Source: Candidatus Poribacteria bacterium (GTDB taxonomy: Bacteria > Poribacteria > WGA-4E > GCA-2687025). Taken from it: a stretch of 64,000 nucleotides of DNA. The notes under the pieces were generated by a model. The model did not search any database. It saw nothing but the letters and a program-made list of their open reading frames with translations, and was not told the DNA's origin. Position 1 is the stretch's first letter, and each line of letters begins with the position of its first letter. The DNA is taken from positions 32,001 to 96,000 of the forward strand of contig OY762492.1 of the NCBI GenBank assembly GCA_963665845.2. Direction: 5' to 3'. Shown one piece after another: positions 9,793 to 18,975 of this stretch. Position numbers and translations under genes: made by a program.

Positions 9793-10599
9793 CTAGAACC
9801 TGTTGAGATAGTTCTGCACCTCTCGATCTTTCGGATTGAGGCGCAAAGCTTGACGCAGCGCTAATTTCGAGTCGGCAGGGCGCTGCAGCAGCATGAAGAC
9901 CGCCCCTAGATTGCGGTATGCGAGCGCGTATTCCGGCGTCAGCTCAATCGCGCGGCGGAAACGTCTCTCCGCCGAGGTGACGTAACTCGCGGCTTTTCCG
10001 TAAATCAGAAAAACGGAGTAGATCGTCGCGCCGTCGTTATCTGTGCGGAGCGGATGGCTCGACATGATCGCCCGAATGCTGTCTTTGTTCCAAATCTCCA
10101 TCTGGTCATGGACCAAGTCGCGGACATTTTTATACACTTCGAATCGGAACATGCCCGATTTTTCGCTCGGTACCGCCCGCAGAGTCGTTTTGATATGGTC
10201 AAGCGCGGGGATCGGGTAGTCGACGAATTCCGTCAGATCGTACGCCTGTATCCGCTCCTGCTTTTTTCCATCCACCACAGGCGGCTCCACCTGCGCTTCC
10301 GCCGCGTTCATCAAGACGCCGCCGAAATCGTTGTGCGCTCTGGAGTTCTTGGGGCGAATCTGAATCGCTTCCCTGTAGAGACGGAACGCCAGCTCATAGT
10401 CTCCGTCCACTTCTGCCTGGACAGCGGCTTGGCTCGCCTCTTTCATCTTCATGTTGAACTGCTGCGCCGCATGGGAAATATGCGTCGGGTCGTCTTTCCA
10501 AAGCTCGGGTCCGACCATGACCATATAAATCGCTGTGATGACGAGGCAGACAGGGACCAAGACGTAGCTGATGGAGAAGCGTCGTTTTCGGGGCTGCAT
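9793..10599 (-). CDS. membrane-anchored TPR protein
   Basis: N-terminal TM helix; TPRs YREAIQIRPKNSRAHNDFG and FRRAIELTPEYALAYRNLG. Confidence 0.8.
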   Translation of the reverse strand: MQPRKRRFSISYVLVPVCLVITAIYMVMVGPELWKDDPTHISHAAQQFNMKMKEASQAAVQAEVDGDYELAFRLYREAIQIRPKNSRAHNDFGGVLMNAAEAQVEPPVVDGKKQERIQAYDLTEFVDYPIPALDHIKTTLRAVPSEKSGMFRFEVYKNVRDLVHDQMEIWNKDSIRAIMSSHPLRTDNDGATIYSVFLIYGKAASYVTSAERRFRRAIELTPEYALAYRNLGAVFMLLQRPADSKLALRQALRLNPKDREVQNYLNRF

Positions 10600-10626
10600 G
10601 CGTTTATCCTCCTTTGCGCGGACATT

Positions 10627-12054
10627 CTAAATGCGTACGTCGTATGTTTCAATCTCGTTGCCGCGGATCACCCGCACGCGCATCTGTTCGCCGTAGGAGA
10701 TCTGATACTCTAAGCCGCGCAGGTCCTCCACCGAGTCCAGATCAAAGCGTTTGGCGACGATTCTTCCGTACTGATCCCGTTCCAAAAGCGCCGCCTGCGT
10801 CAGAATATCCCCCTCTTTCAACACATCCTGAAATGCGCTGCCTTTCTCCACCTTCTCCACAACCACGCCTCGAACGGTTCGATTGACGCGGTCGGAAGAT
10901 GCGGCGTCTTGAACCGACGCGCCAAAAAACACATAGCCGGAGGGAGGCGCCTCTGGAATCAACCGCGCCTCGCGCATTTGTCCGCCGCGTTCGTAAGCGA
11001 TCCGCGTCGATTCATACGGCTCAATGAGGCGCAGAATGACATAGGCGTCCGTCTTAGAATACACCTTTTGCCCGTTGATCTCAACAATCAGGTCGCCTCT
11101 TTGGAGTCCCGCTTTTTCAGCCGGTCCCTCTTTTTGCGCATACAGGAGAACGGCGCCTTCGCTGGATGACGCCTCCAGCTCTTCAGCGGCGGCGGGCGTC
11201 ATGCTGGCGTACGCCGCGCCGATCCACGGCGCCGCCACTTTCCCCCGTTCTATGAGCGATCGGATGACCCGTTTGGCGGTGTTGATGGAGATGGCGAAGT
11301 TGACGCCGAGCGAACCGCTGCTCCCGGAGGTGAATATAAACGTGTTGATCCCGATCGCTTCGCCCGCCGCGTTCACAAGCGGGCCGCCGCTGTTGCCGGG
11401 GTTGACCGACGCGTCCGTTTGAATCAGGTTGTAGTAGGATCTGCCGCCGATGCCGACGACGCGGTTCGACGCGCTGACGACGCCGACTGTCACGGTCGGC
11501 TTCAGGTCGCGCACCTGTCTGCCGAACGGGTTGCCGATGGCGATCGCCCATTCGCCGATCTTGAGCGCGTCCGAATCGCCCAGTATCGCTTCAGGCATGT
11601 CGCGCGCGTCAATCTTGAGAACGGCAAGGTCGCTCACCGCGTCCGCGCCGACCAGACGCGCCTCGCTGAAAACGCGCCCGTCTTGAAGCGTCACCTCTAT
11701 ATCGACGGCTTCCGAAACGACATGCTCATTCGTGAGAATGTAACCTTCGCGCCCGTTGATGATAAAGCCCGAACCGTAAACCGATCTGTAGTTGCGTTCA
11801 AGTCTGCGCGGCGAACGGCTATGCGGACCGAACATGTCAAAAAACATGTAGAACACGGGATCGACCGTCGTTTCGATGCGGACAGCGCGGATGCTGACAA
11901 CGGTCGGTCCCGCCCGTTCGATGGCGTTGACGATGGCGTTGCTGCGCGTCGCGGCGATGTCTTCGGCGGGACCGGCAAACGCCGATCCGCCCATCCACAT
12001 AAAACAGGCAAGAAGACAAACCGCAAGAGCTGTCCAATTCCTGGCGCGGTTCAT
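10627..12054 (-). CDS. degP: HtrA/DegP serine protease with PDZ domains
   Basis: Signal peptide; TNEHVV, SDLAVL, IQTDASVNPGNSGGPL. Confidence 0.92.
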   Translation of the reverse strand: MNRARNWTALAVCLLACFMWMGGSAFAGPAEDIAATRSNAIVNAIERAGPTVVSIRAVRIETTVDPVFYMFFDMFGPHSRSPRRLERNYRSVYGSGFIINGREGYILTNEHVVSEAVDIEVTLQDGRVFSEARLVGADAVSDLAVLKIDARDMPEAILGDSDALKIGEWAIAIGNPFGRQVRDLKPTVTVGVVSASNRVVGIGGRSYYNLIQTDASVNPGNSGGPLVNAAGEAIGINTFIFTSGSSGSLGVNFAISINTAKRVIRSLIERGKVAAPWIGAAYASMTPAAAEELEASSSEGAVLLYAQKEGPAEKAGLQRGDLIVEINGQKVYSKTDAYVILRLIEPYESTRIAYERGGQMREARLIPEAPPSGYVFFGASVQDAASSDRVNRTVRGVVVEKVEKGSAFQDVLKEGDILTQAALLERDQYGRIVAKRFDLDSVEDLRGLEYQISYGEQMRVRVIRGNEIETYDVRI

Positions 12055-13256
12055 TTTAAAAGGCTCCGAAGCGACTGTTCAACGATCTCTGCCGCCTCCT
12101 CCACATGCGTTTTCTCGATGTTGAGCGGCGGCAGAAAGCGCAGGATATGGTTGTTTGTGCAGATGCTGATGAGTCCGTTTTGAATGCATTCGGCGGCAAG
12201 CGCGTTTCCGTCGATGGAGACCTCCAGCCCGCGCAGCAAACCCCGCCCGCGCATCCCTTTGACGCACTCGAACGAGTCCTGAAGCGCCAGCATGCGCTCC
12301 TCTAGATAACCGCCCATTTCAGCGGCGTTGGCGGCAAGGTTCTCATCCAGAACCGTTTTGAGCGCGGCGTCCGCGGCGGCAGCGCAGAGCGGATTTCCGC
12401 CAAAGGTGGAAGCGTGCGTCCCCGGACTAAAGCTTTCGGCGATCTTGTCAGTGGTGAGTATGGCTCCAATCGGCGCGCCCCCGCCCAGCGCCTTCGCCAT
12501 CGAGACGATGTCGGGCTGAACGCCGTACGTTTCATAACCCCAGAGCGTTCCGAGGCGGCCCATCGCAGTTTGGACCTCGTCCAGAATCAGCAGCGCGCCT
12601 TGATCGCCGCATATCTCGCGCAAACCGGCGAGATACCCATGCGCAGGCTCGTTCACGCCGCCTTCCGATTGGATCGGCTCCACCAGAACGGCGCAGACCG
12701 TTTCGTCAATGGCGTCCCGCGCCGCGTCCAGATCGTCGAACGGAATGATGGTGAAACCTGGCGCAAGCGGCTCAAAACCGACATGGTATTTCGGCTGCCC
12801 AGTCGCCGTCACGGTGGCGATGGTGCGCCCGTGGAACGACTGCTTCATCGTGATGACGGTCGTCTTGTCGGGATTGCCTTGATCTTTGGCGTATTTTCGG
12901 GCGAGTTTGATGGCCGCTTCGTTCGCTTCGGCGCCGCTGTTGCAGAAGAAGGTTTTGTCGGCAAACGAGTTTTCAACAAGGCGCTGCGCCAAACGCGCCT
13001 GCGGCTCAATGTAGTACAGGTTGGAGCAGTGAATCAGCTGGGCGGCTTGCTTTTGAAGCGCGTTCACGACGTTCGGGTGGCAATGTCCGAGCGCGTTGAC
13101 CGCAAGCCCGCCGAGAAAATCCAGATAGCGCCGGCCGTCGGCGTCCCAAACATACGGCCCCTCCCCCCGAACAAGAGCGAGAGTACGCGCTGTGCCGTAG
13201 GTGTTGATGATATACTGCGATGCCTGCGCTTTAACAGATGCGTTCGTATGAGTCAT
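12051..13256 (-). CDS. argD: acetylornithine aminotransferase
   Basis: NSGAEANEAA, SFHGRT, EPIQSEGG, DEVQT, AKALGGG, STFGGNPL. Confidence 0.92.
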   Translation of the reverse strand: MTHTNASVKAQASQYIINTYGTARTLALVRGEGPYVWDADGRRYLDFLGGLAVNALGHCHPNVVNALQKQAAQLIHCSNLYYIEPQARLAQRLVENSFADKTFFCNSGAEANEAAIKLARKYAKDQGNPDKTTVITMKQSFHGRTIATVTATGQPKYHVGFEPLAPGFTIIPFDDLDAARDAIDETVCAVLVEPIQSEGGVNEPAHGYLAGLREICGDQGALLILDEVQTAMGRLGTLWGYETYGVQPDIVSMAKALGGGAPIGAILTTDKIAESFSPGTHASTFGGNPLCAAAADAALKTVLDENLAANAAEMGGYLEERMLALQDSFECVKGMRGRGLLRGLEVSIDGNALAAECIQNGLISICTNNHILRFLPPLNIEKTHVEEAAEIVEQSLRSLLK

Positions 13257-13314
13257 CGGGCGGTTCCGTGTCCTTGATCAGCATGTCCATGCCGGCTTGG
13301 GCGGCATGGAAAAT

Positions 13315-13392
13315 TGGGGCGAACGAGGGGACTCGAACCCCCGACCTCCTGATCCACAGTCAGGAGCTCTAACCAGCTGAGCTACGTCCGCC
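13315..13392 (-). tRNA. tRNA-His (GTG)
   Basis: GGCGGACGTAGCTCAGCTGGTTAGAGC...CTGTGGA...GGTTCGAGTCC...CGTTCGCCCCA: G-1, GTG anticodon, C discriminator, encoded CCA. Confidence 0.96.
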
Positions 13393-13482
13393 GCGCCTTG
13401 CGCTATAGTATGCGCCGCCGTTTTCAAAAAGGCAAGCAAACCGGCGATATTTCCGGTATCATACCATAAACAAGCGCAGGGA

Positions 13483-13572
13483 CTGACCTTACGTCTATAG
13501 TTGGGACATGTCGGCGGGTGGACGCGGACGGTTTCTGTGACGCCTCTGGATTCCCGCTTACGCGGGAATGAC
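13483..13572. repeat. MITE family A, left half
   Basis: CTGACCTTACGTCTATAGTTGGGACATG...CTGGATTCCCGCTTACGCGGGAATGAC matches the element at 37068. Confidence 0.75.
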
Positions 13573-13591
13573 GGTTTGGTTCAGGGAGTCT

Positions 13592-14503
13592 ATGAACGAT
13601 AACGATCATCCTAAAGAATACCGCGCCGGCTATGTCTCCATCATCGGCAGGCCGAATGTCGGCAAGTCAACGCTTTTAAATGCGCTCGTGGACCAGAAGC
13701 TGGCGGCTGTGACCGACAAGCCGCAAACGACGCGCCACCGCATCTCCGCCATTCAGACAACCGAAACGGCGCAGATGATCTATCTAGACACCCCCGGCAT
13801 TTTTCCCCCGCGCTACAGGCTGCAGGAGCAGATGGTGAAGGCGGCTTACGACGCGGCGAAGGGCGCGGACGCCGCCGTTTATGCGATGGACGCCTCGGCG
13901 AAGCGGCTTGAGCCGGACTGGGAAATTCTAGACCGTCTGCGCAGCCTGAAGGCGCCGATGGTCTTAGCGCTCAACAAGGTTGACCGCGTCTATAAACCGC
14001 TGCTGCTGCCGATTTTGGAGATGTGCGCGGCGCGGGAGCAGTTTGTGGAGATGACGCCGATCTCGGCGCTGCGGCGGGACGGGCTGGACAGGTTGATAAA
14101 CGCGGTTGTCCCGCTGCTGCCGCTGAGTCCGCCGCTCTTTCCGCTTGACCAGTTGAGCGACCTGCCCGAACGTTTTTTCATCGCGGAGACGGTGCGGGAG
14201 AAGGTGTTTTTGAAGACGCGGCAGGAGGCTCCTTACGCCTCCTCGGTCGTTGTTGAAGAGTGGGATCAGGAGACGGGCGCGAGCCGCGCGTATATCCGCG
14301 TTGCGATTTATGTTGAGCGCCCGACGCAGAAGCGCATCATGATCGGAAAAGGCGGCTCCATGTTAAAGGAGATCGGGACCGCCGCCCGAAAAGATATTGA
14401 GGCGTTTCTAGGCGGTCCTGTTTTTCTAGAGCTGTATGTCGGCGTCCGCCGCCGCTGGCGCGACAATGAACAATCGCTCCGCGAATTCGGCTATCGAGAA
14501 TAA
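13592..14503 (+). CDS. era: GTPase Era
   Basis: GRPNVGKS, PQTTR, DTPG, NKVD, KH domain IGKGGSMLKEIG. Confidence 0.96.
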   Translation: MNDNDHPKEYRAGYVSIIGRPNVGKSTLLNALVDQKLAAVTDKPQTTRHRISAIQTTETAQMIYLDTPGIFPPRYRLQEQMVKAAYDAAKGADAAVYAMDASAKRLEPDWEILDRLRSLKAPMVLALNKVDRVYKPLLLPILEMCAAREQFVEMTPISALRRDGLDRLINAVVPLLPLSPPLFPLDQLSDLPERFFIAETVREKVFLKTRQEAPYASSVVVEEWDQETGASRAYIRVAIYVERPTQKRIMIGKGGSMLKEIGTAARKDIEAFLGGPVFLELYVGVRRRWRDNEQSLREFGYRE

Positions 14504-14550
14504 ACCCCGAAACAGCCCGCCCGATGACAGTGTAGGGCGCTGGATTTCTG

Positions 14551-14650
14551 GACTCCCCCCTTGAAAAGGGGGGCTGGGGGGGTTTTCGCCGCGCGCGGAA
14601 CGCGGAGGTTGTCTGGGAAAACTCTGGATTCCCGCTTGCGCGGGAATGAC
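14551..14650. repeat. composite REP-like palindromes
   Basis: CCCCCCTTGAAAAGGGGGGCTGGGGGG (inverse of ~5990-6020) followed by CTCTGGATTCCCGCTTGCGCGGGAATGAC. Confidence 0.7.
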
Positions 14651-14778
14651 AAGCAGTCCAACTCAATCAGGATTTTCGTACATCATCGCTTATAGAAACG
14701 GCTTGCTTGCGCCGAGCGGTCGATTCTGTTACCATGCGTCCGTTGAATAAACGCCAATTAATTTAGAGGAGAATTAGA

Positions 14779-15576
14779 ATGCGATACCGATTAACGATCT
14801 GCGCCGCGGCAGTTTTGGCGGTTTTCATGGCTTCCGCGTCATCGGCGCTTGACTCTGAAGGTCTCATCGCCGGCTACCCGATGAACGAAGGGGACGGCGA
14901 CGCGGTCAAAGACATTTCAGGCAACGAATACCACGGAACGCTGAACGGCGCCGACTGGCATAAAAGCGCGGACGCCCCCACCGGCGGCATGGCGGTTGAA
15001 TTCACAGGCGGGCAGTCCCACATGGCGGCGGACAATGTGTTCTCGTCCCTGCCGAACAACGCCGTCAGCATGGGCGCATGGTTCTACCTGACGAACCACA
15101 CCACCTACGAAGGCATCTTGAGCGGAAGCGAAGGCGGCAAAGGCAACCCGCCCGGCGCATGCTGCCAGTACCGCATCATGGTGGACCCAAGCTCCCGGCC
15201 GTTTTTTGACGCTGGGACGCATGCGGATGTCGCCGTCGGAGGTTTCACCGTCGAAGAGGAGCGCTGGTACCATTATGTGATGACGATCGGCGACGGCAAG
15301 GTCTTCATCTACATGGACGGCGACGACATCCATGACGATGTCCCGAAGAGCGACCCGCTCCCCGAACTGGCGACGCCGCTGCTGGTCGGAACCGGCGAAA
15401 ACCCCGGCACATGGCCGATGACAGGCTATGTGGACGACGTTTTTGTGTTCGACCGCGTCCTCTCGCAAGAGGAGGTGGTAGAGATCATGAACGAGGGCTT
15501 AGAGGGCGCATTGAGCGTCAGCCCAAAAGGGAAACTGGCGTCCCGCTGGGCGGCATTAAAACTGCAGGCGCGCTGA
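14779..15576 (+). CDS. secreted LamG/concanavalin-like domain protein
   Basis: Signal peptide; DISGNEYHG, WYHYVMT, GYVDDVFVFDRVLS; C-terminal SPKGKLASRWAALK. Confidence 0.88.
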   Translation: MRYRLTICAAAVLAVFMASASSALDSEGLIAGYPMNEGDGDAVKDISGNEYHGTLNGADWHKSADAPTGGMAVEFTGGQSHMAADNVFSSLPNNAVSMGAWFYLTNHTTYEGILSGSEGGKGNPPGACCQYRIMVDPSSRPFFDAGTHADVAVGGFTVEEERWYHYVMTIGDGKVFIYMDGDDIHDDVPKSDPLPELATPLLVGTGENPGTWPMTGYVDDVFVFDRVLSQEEVVEIMNEGLEGALSVSPKGKLASRWAALKLQAR

Positions 15577-15582
15577 GGAACT

Positions 15583-15939
15583 TTACTCCTCTTCGCCGCT
15601 TTCCTGCGTCAAATAGACGCGCTCAACGACTCGCCCGCGGTTGTAAACGACACGCACTTCGGGCGTTCCGTCTCGGCGGTACTGCGTCCACGCGCCTTCT
15701 TTGCGCCCGTCGCGCGAGTTGCCCTGTATCTCGGCGTAATGCCCTTCGCGGAACTTTTGCCCGTTGTCATGGTATGCGCAGTAGTAGCCCGCGTATTTGC
15801 CTTCGTGGAAGGTTGCCTCGCTTTTGAGCGCGCCGTTTCGGTGATAGATTTTCCAGACGCCGTGTTTCTTGCCGTTTTTGTATTCGCCTTCGCGCATGCG
15901 TCTCCCTGCCGCTGTTTTTCTGTACGGTTGAATCGTCAT
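15583..15939 (-). CDS. MORN-variant repeat protein (YwqK-like)
   Basis: Repeats EGEYKNGKKHGVWKIYHRNG, YHDNGQKFREG, KEGAWTQY. Confidence 0.8.
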   Translation of the reverse strand: MTIQPYRKTAAGRRMREGEYKNGKKHGVWKIYHRNGALKSEATFHEGKYAGYYCAYHDNGQKFREGHYAEIQGNSRDGRKEGAWTQYRRDGTPEVRVVYNRGRVVERVYLTQESGEEE

Positions 15940-16003
15940 GATGCATACACGCCGGCGGACGCCCGCGTTACATATTCCTCGGCGCCGACCTGTCCATCAG
16001 GTT

Positions 16004-17323
16004 TTACCGCGGGGGAGGCGCGGCAGGCGGTCCGTCAGAACGCTTGCGAAGACGGCGGCGCTCCGCCTCCGCCTCCGACTGGTAAAGATCATACAACTCC
16101 TTCAGTTGCAAAATGGAACGTTCCTCATCCGTTAAACCTTCGCCGGTCTGTTCCCGCTTGATCAAATCCAATAGGACTTGCAATTCGGGAGCGGAGATAC
16201 GCGGATTGGTTGACGGCCGCTTCGTCGCAGGCGCTTCAAAGTCTGGCGGAGGCGGAAGGGCGAGAGGGGATGGCTCCTTCGGTCCCGTTTCCGTTGGCGT
16301 TGGATCTGGACTTTGTTTATGTCCGACAGGATCTGGCGAACGCCCTGGCGGAGGCGCAACCGTCTTTGAAGGCGACGGCGCAGAATTCCAAGCCGACGGA
16401 CGCTCCAACCAAGCGGCCATTAATCCGTAGAGCGCGTCCTCAAATTGCATCCGCCCGTTAGGCGTTTGCATAACTTCATCTAAAATCGTTTGTTGAGCGG
16501 AGGTCGGGTTCGTCAAAAGCCCGTACATTCCTTCAACTAGGGGCTGCAATTCCTCATCGCTAAGATGCTTGAACGACTCTGCTGGATCCAGCGCCGCAGG
16601 CGCCTCCCCATGAGGAAGCTCTTGGCCGTCTTCTCCGATATAGACCACCTTGACGCCGGGAGGAGCCATGCCGCGGTGAATAACGTTGTGGTAGTCTTCG
16701 TCGGATAAAAGCTCTGCGTCTGCCCCGTCCTTGTAGCGGAACGCGTCCTGATTATAGGCAACGCCTCCCCCTTCAAAGATCGTCATTTGGGACATATCCA
16801 CATAGATAGTCGGGTCTCGAGGGCGTGAATCGCCCAGAGTTTCGTCCCATACATATTCTATGTACATGGGAGTGCCGAGAGGAGGGTGAAGGGTTTTCGG
16901 CAACGGCGCGTCGGCAAGCGCGACGCCTTGCCTCCAAAGCTCCTTGTATTCTTTCATAAGATAATCGGTCGTAATCTCTTCAATGTCGCTCGTATGCGGC
17001 CAGCCATCCTGCTTGCGTTCCACAAAAAAGTCGGCAAGATTTTCCTTGATCTGTTTTTCCCAAACGCTCCATTTTTCGTAATGGAACTTGAAGCCGTACT
17101 TTTCGCCGGCTTTGTCGAGAAGGTCGGCGTACGGCATCTCTTTGTTTTCTTTGGAGGAGGAGACGGCCGCCGTCTGCGCATTTTTGATTTTGACAGGGGG
17201 CGTTTGAAGAGCCTCCGTCTCTGGAGCAGGCGCGCTTTCTGAACTCGTCCACCGGCCGACCAGATAAGCTGCAACCGCCAGCAATACGATTCCGACAGCG
17301 ACAAGGGGTTTATTTTTCAGCAT
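16004..17323 (-). CDS. membrane-anchored hypothetical protein with Pro-rich segment
   Basis: 439-aa ORF, N-terminal hydrophobic anchor, no recognised domain. Confidence 0.7.
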   Translation of the reverse strand: MLKNKPLVAVGIVLLAVAAYLVGRWTSSESAPAPETEALQTPPVKIKNAQTAAVSSSKENKEMPYADLLDKAGEKYGFKFHYEKWSVWEKQIKENLADFFVERKQDGWPHTSDIEEITTDYLMKEYKELWRQGVALADAPLPKTLHPPLGTPMYIEYVWDETLGDSRPRDPTIYVDMSQMTIFEGGGVAYNQDAFRYKDGADAELLSDEDYHNVIHRGMAPPGVKVVYIGEDGQELPHGEAPAALDPAESFKHLSDEELQPLVEGMYGLLTNPTSAQQTILDEVMQTPNGRMQFEDALYGLMAAWLERPSAWNSAPSPSKTVAPPPGRSPDPVGHKQSPDPTPTETGPKEPSPLALPPPPDFEAPATKRPSTNPRISAPELQVLLDLIKREQTGEGLTDEERSILQLKELYDLYQSEAEAERRRLRKRSDGPPAAPPPR

Positions 17324-17387
17324 CGCTCGGTTTCCTAGATCAACTGGACCGTACCGAAGAATACCGCAGCTTTTTCAATCGCGCAAC

Positions 17388-17512
17388 CTGACCTCATGTC
17401 TAAAGTCGGGACATTTCGCCTGGCGAACGCGGACGTCTTCTGCGGCGCCTCTAGATTCCCGCGCGTTTTACCGCGGGGGCGGGAATGACGGCGAGTGGGA
17501 CGCGTCATTCCC
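17388..17512. repeat. MITE family A left half plus inverted REP half
   Basis: CTGACCTCATGTCTAAAGTCGGGACAT...GATTCCCGC..GCGGGAATGACG then CGTCATTCCC forming a second hairpin. Confidence 0.7.
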
Positions 17513-17530
17513 GCTGGTTGCCGCGGTTCG

Positions 17531-18283
17531 TCACGACGCCCCAACTTTAGGGGCGGTGTCGGCGATTTCGCTGCTCACATCGATCTCGTCCAGACCAAAG
17601 AGGGACGACTCCTCCTTTGCGGCGATCCGCCCGTTTTCTAGGTAGAGCGTCTCGTCGCAGGCGTCCGCCAGCTCCAGGTCATGCGTCGCCGTGAGAACGG
17701 CGATGCCGTCCTGCGCAAGCTCCTTGAAGAGGCCGCTGACGGCGCCGCGCATGGAGGTCTCTAAGCTGCCGGTTGGTTCGTCCGCGATGAGTATCTTGGG
17801 CGCGTTGACGACCGCTCTTGCGATGGCGACGCGCTGCCGGTCGCCGCTGTTCAGCTGCGACGCCGGCAGATTCCGTTTCCCGCTCAGCCCGACCCGTTCG
17901 AGCGTCTCGTCAACGCGCTTTCGGTCGAGCTTTTGACGCGAAAACAGGGTCGGGAGAAGCGCGTTTTCTTCAGCCGTCAGCGTCGGTATGAGATGAAAAC
18001 GCTGAAAGATGAAGCCGATCGTGTTGCGCCGAATCGCCGTCAGCTCCCGTTCGGAAGCGTTGGCGACATTCCGCCCGTTGATCCAAAGCTCTCCCTCCGA
18101 CGGCGAGTCGAGGCATGCAATCAGGTTCAGGAGCGTCGATTTGCCGGACCCTGACGGACCCGCCAGCGCCGTGACAGTACCTTCCTGCAGCTGAACATCG
18201 ACCCCGTCCAGAGCGCGCACGGTTTCGGACCCGCGCTCATACCGTTTTTTCAGTTGGATTCCTTCGGCGGCAAATTTGCTCAT
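17531..18283 (-). CDS. ABC ATPase (LolD/MacB type), degenerate signature
   Basis: GPSGSGKS; signature reads LNSGD; ILIADEPTG. Confidence 0.9.
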   Translation of the reverse strand: MSKFAAEGIQLKKRYERGSETVRALDGVDVQLQEGTVTALAGPSGSGKSTLLNLIACLDSPSEGELWINGRNVANASERELTAIRRNTIGFIFQRFHLIPTLTAEENALLPTLFSRQKLDRKRVDETLERVGLSGKRNLPASQLNSGDRQRVAIARAVVNAPKILIADEPTGSLETSMRGAVSGLFKELAQDGIAVLTATHDLELADACDETLYLENGRIAAKEESSLFGLDEIDVSSEIADTAPKVGAS

Positions 18284-18975
18284 GCTGTCCTCCTTTCCTC
18301 ACTGATGACGCCGTCCCGCAGATGCGCAACGCGGTCGGCGAGCGCGGCGAGCTTCGCGTTGTGCGTCGCGGCGACGACCGCAAGCCCCTGCGAATCCGCC
18401 AACTTGCGGAACAGCTGAAAGACCGCCAGCGAGTTCAGCACATCCAGATTCCCGGTCGGCTCGTCCGCAAGCAGAACCTTGGGGCGGTTCACCAACGCGC
18501 GCGCAATCGCCGTACGCTGCATTTCCCCGCCGCTCATTTCAGGCGGGCGGTGATCTTTTCGATGCTCAAGCCCGACCGCTTCCAGCAGCTCATGCGCGAT
18601 CCGCCCATTCTTTTTTCGGCTAAAGAACAGCGGCATTTCCACATTTTCCAGCGCGGTCAGATTCGGCAGCAGGTGGAACTCCTGAAAGACGAACCCGACC
18701 GTCTCTTGGCGCATCTTCGCGCGCTCTTTTTCGCTTTCGCTCCATGTTTGCCCGTTCACTTCGGCGGAGCCTTCCGTCGGCGCGTCCAGCCCGCCCAGCA
18801 GGTTGAGCAGCGTCGTTTTGCCGGCGCCGGAAGGTCCCATCACGACCACAAACTCGCCCGCCGACGCCTCAAAGTCCGCCTTTTTAAGGGCGTGTATCGA
18901 CTCGTTCGGCAGACGGTACGTTTTGCTGAGCTGCGCCGCTTTCACCATCTCATGTCCCTTTCCGAATCGCTTCAA
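18280..18975 (-). CDS. ABC ATPase (LolD/MacB type)
   Basis: GPSGAGKT, MSGGEMQR, LLADEPTGNLD. Confidence 0.92.
   Translation of the reverse strand: MKRFGKGHEMVKAAQLSKTYRLPNESIHALKKADFEASAGEFVVVMGPSGAGKTTLLNLLGGLDAPTEGSAEVNGQTWSESEKERAKMRQETVGFVFQEFHLLPNLTALENVEMPLFFSRKKNGRIAHELLEAVGLEHRKDHRPPEMSGGEMQRTAIARALVNRPKVLLADEPTGNLDVLNSLAVFQLFRKLADSQGLAVVAATHNAKLAALADRVAHLRDGVISEERRTA

Noticed and set aside
13315-13480. tRNA-His as an island integration site
   Set aside because: No integrase and no duplicated tRNA 3' end seen; flanks are housekeeping genes
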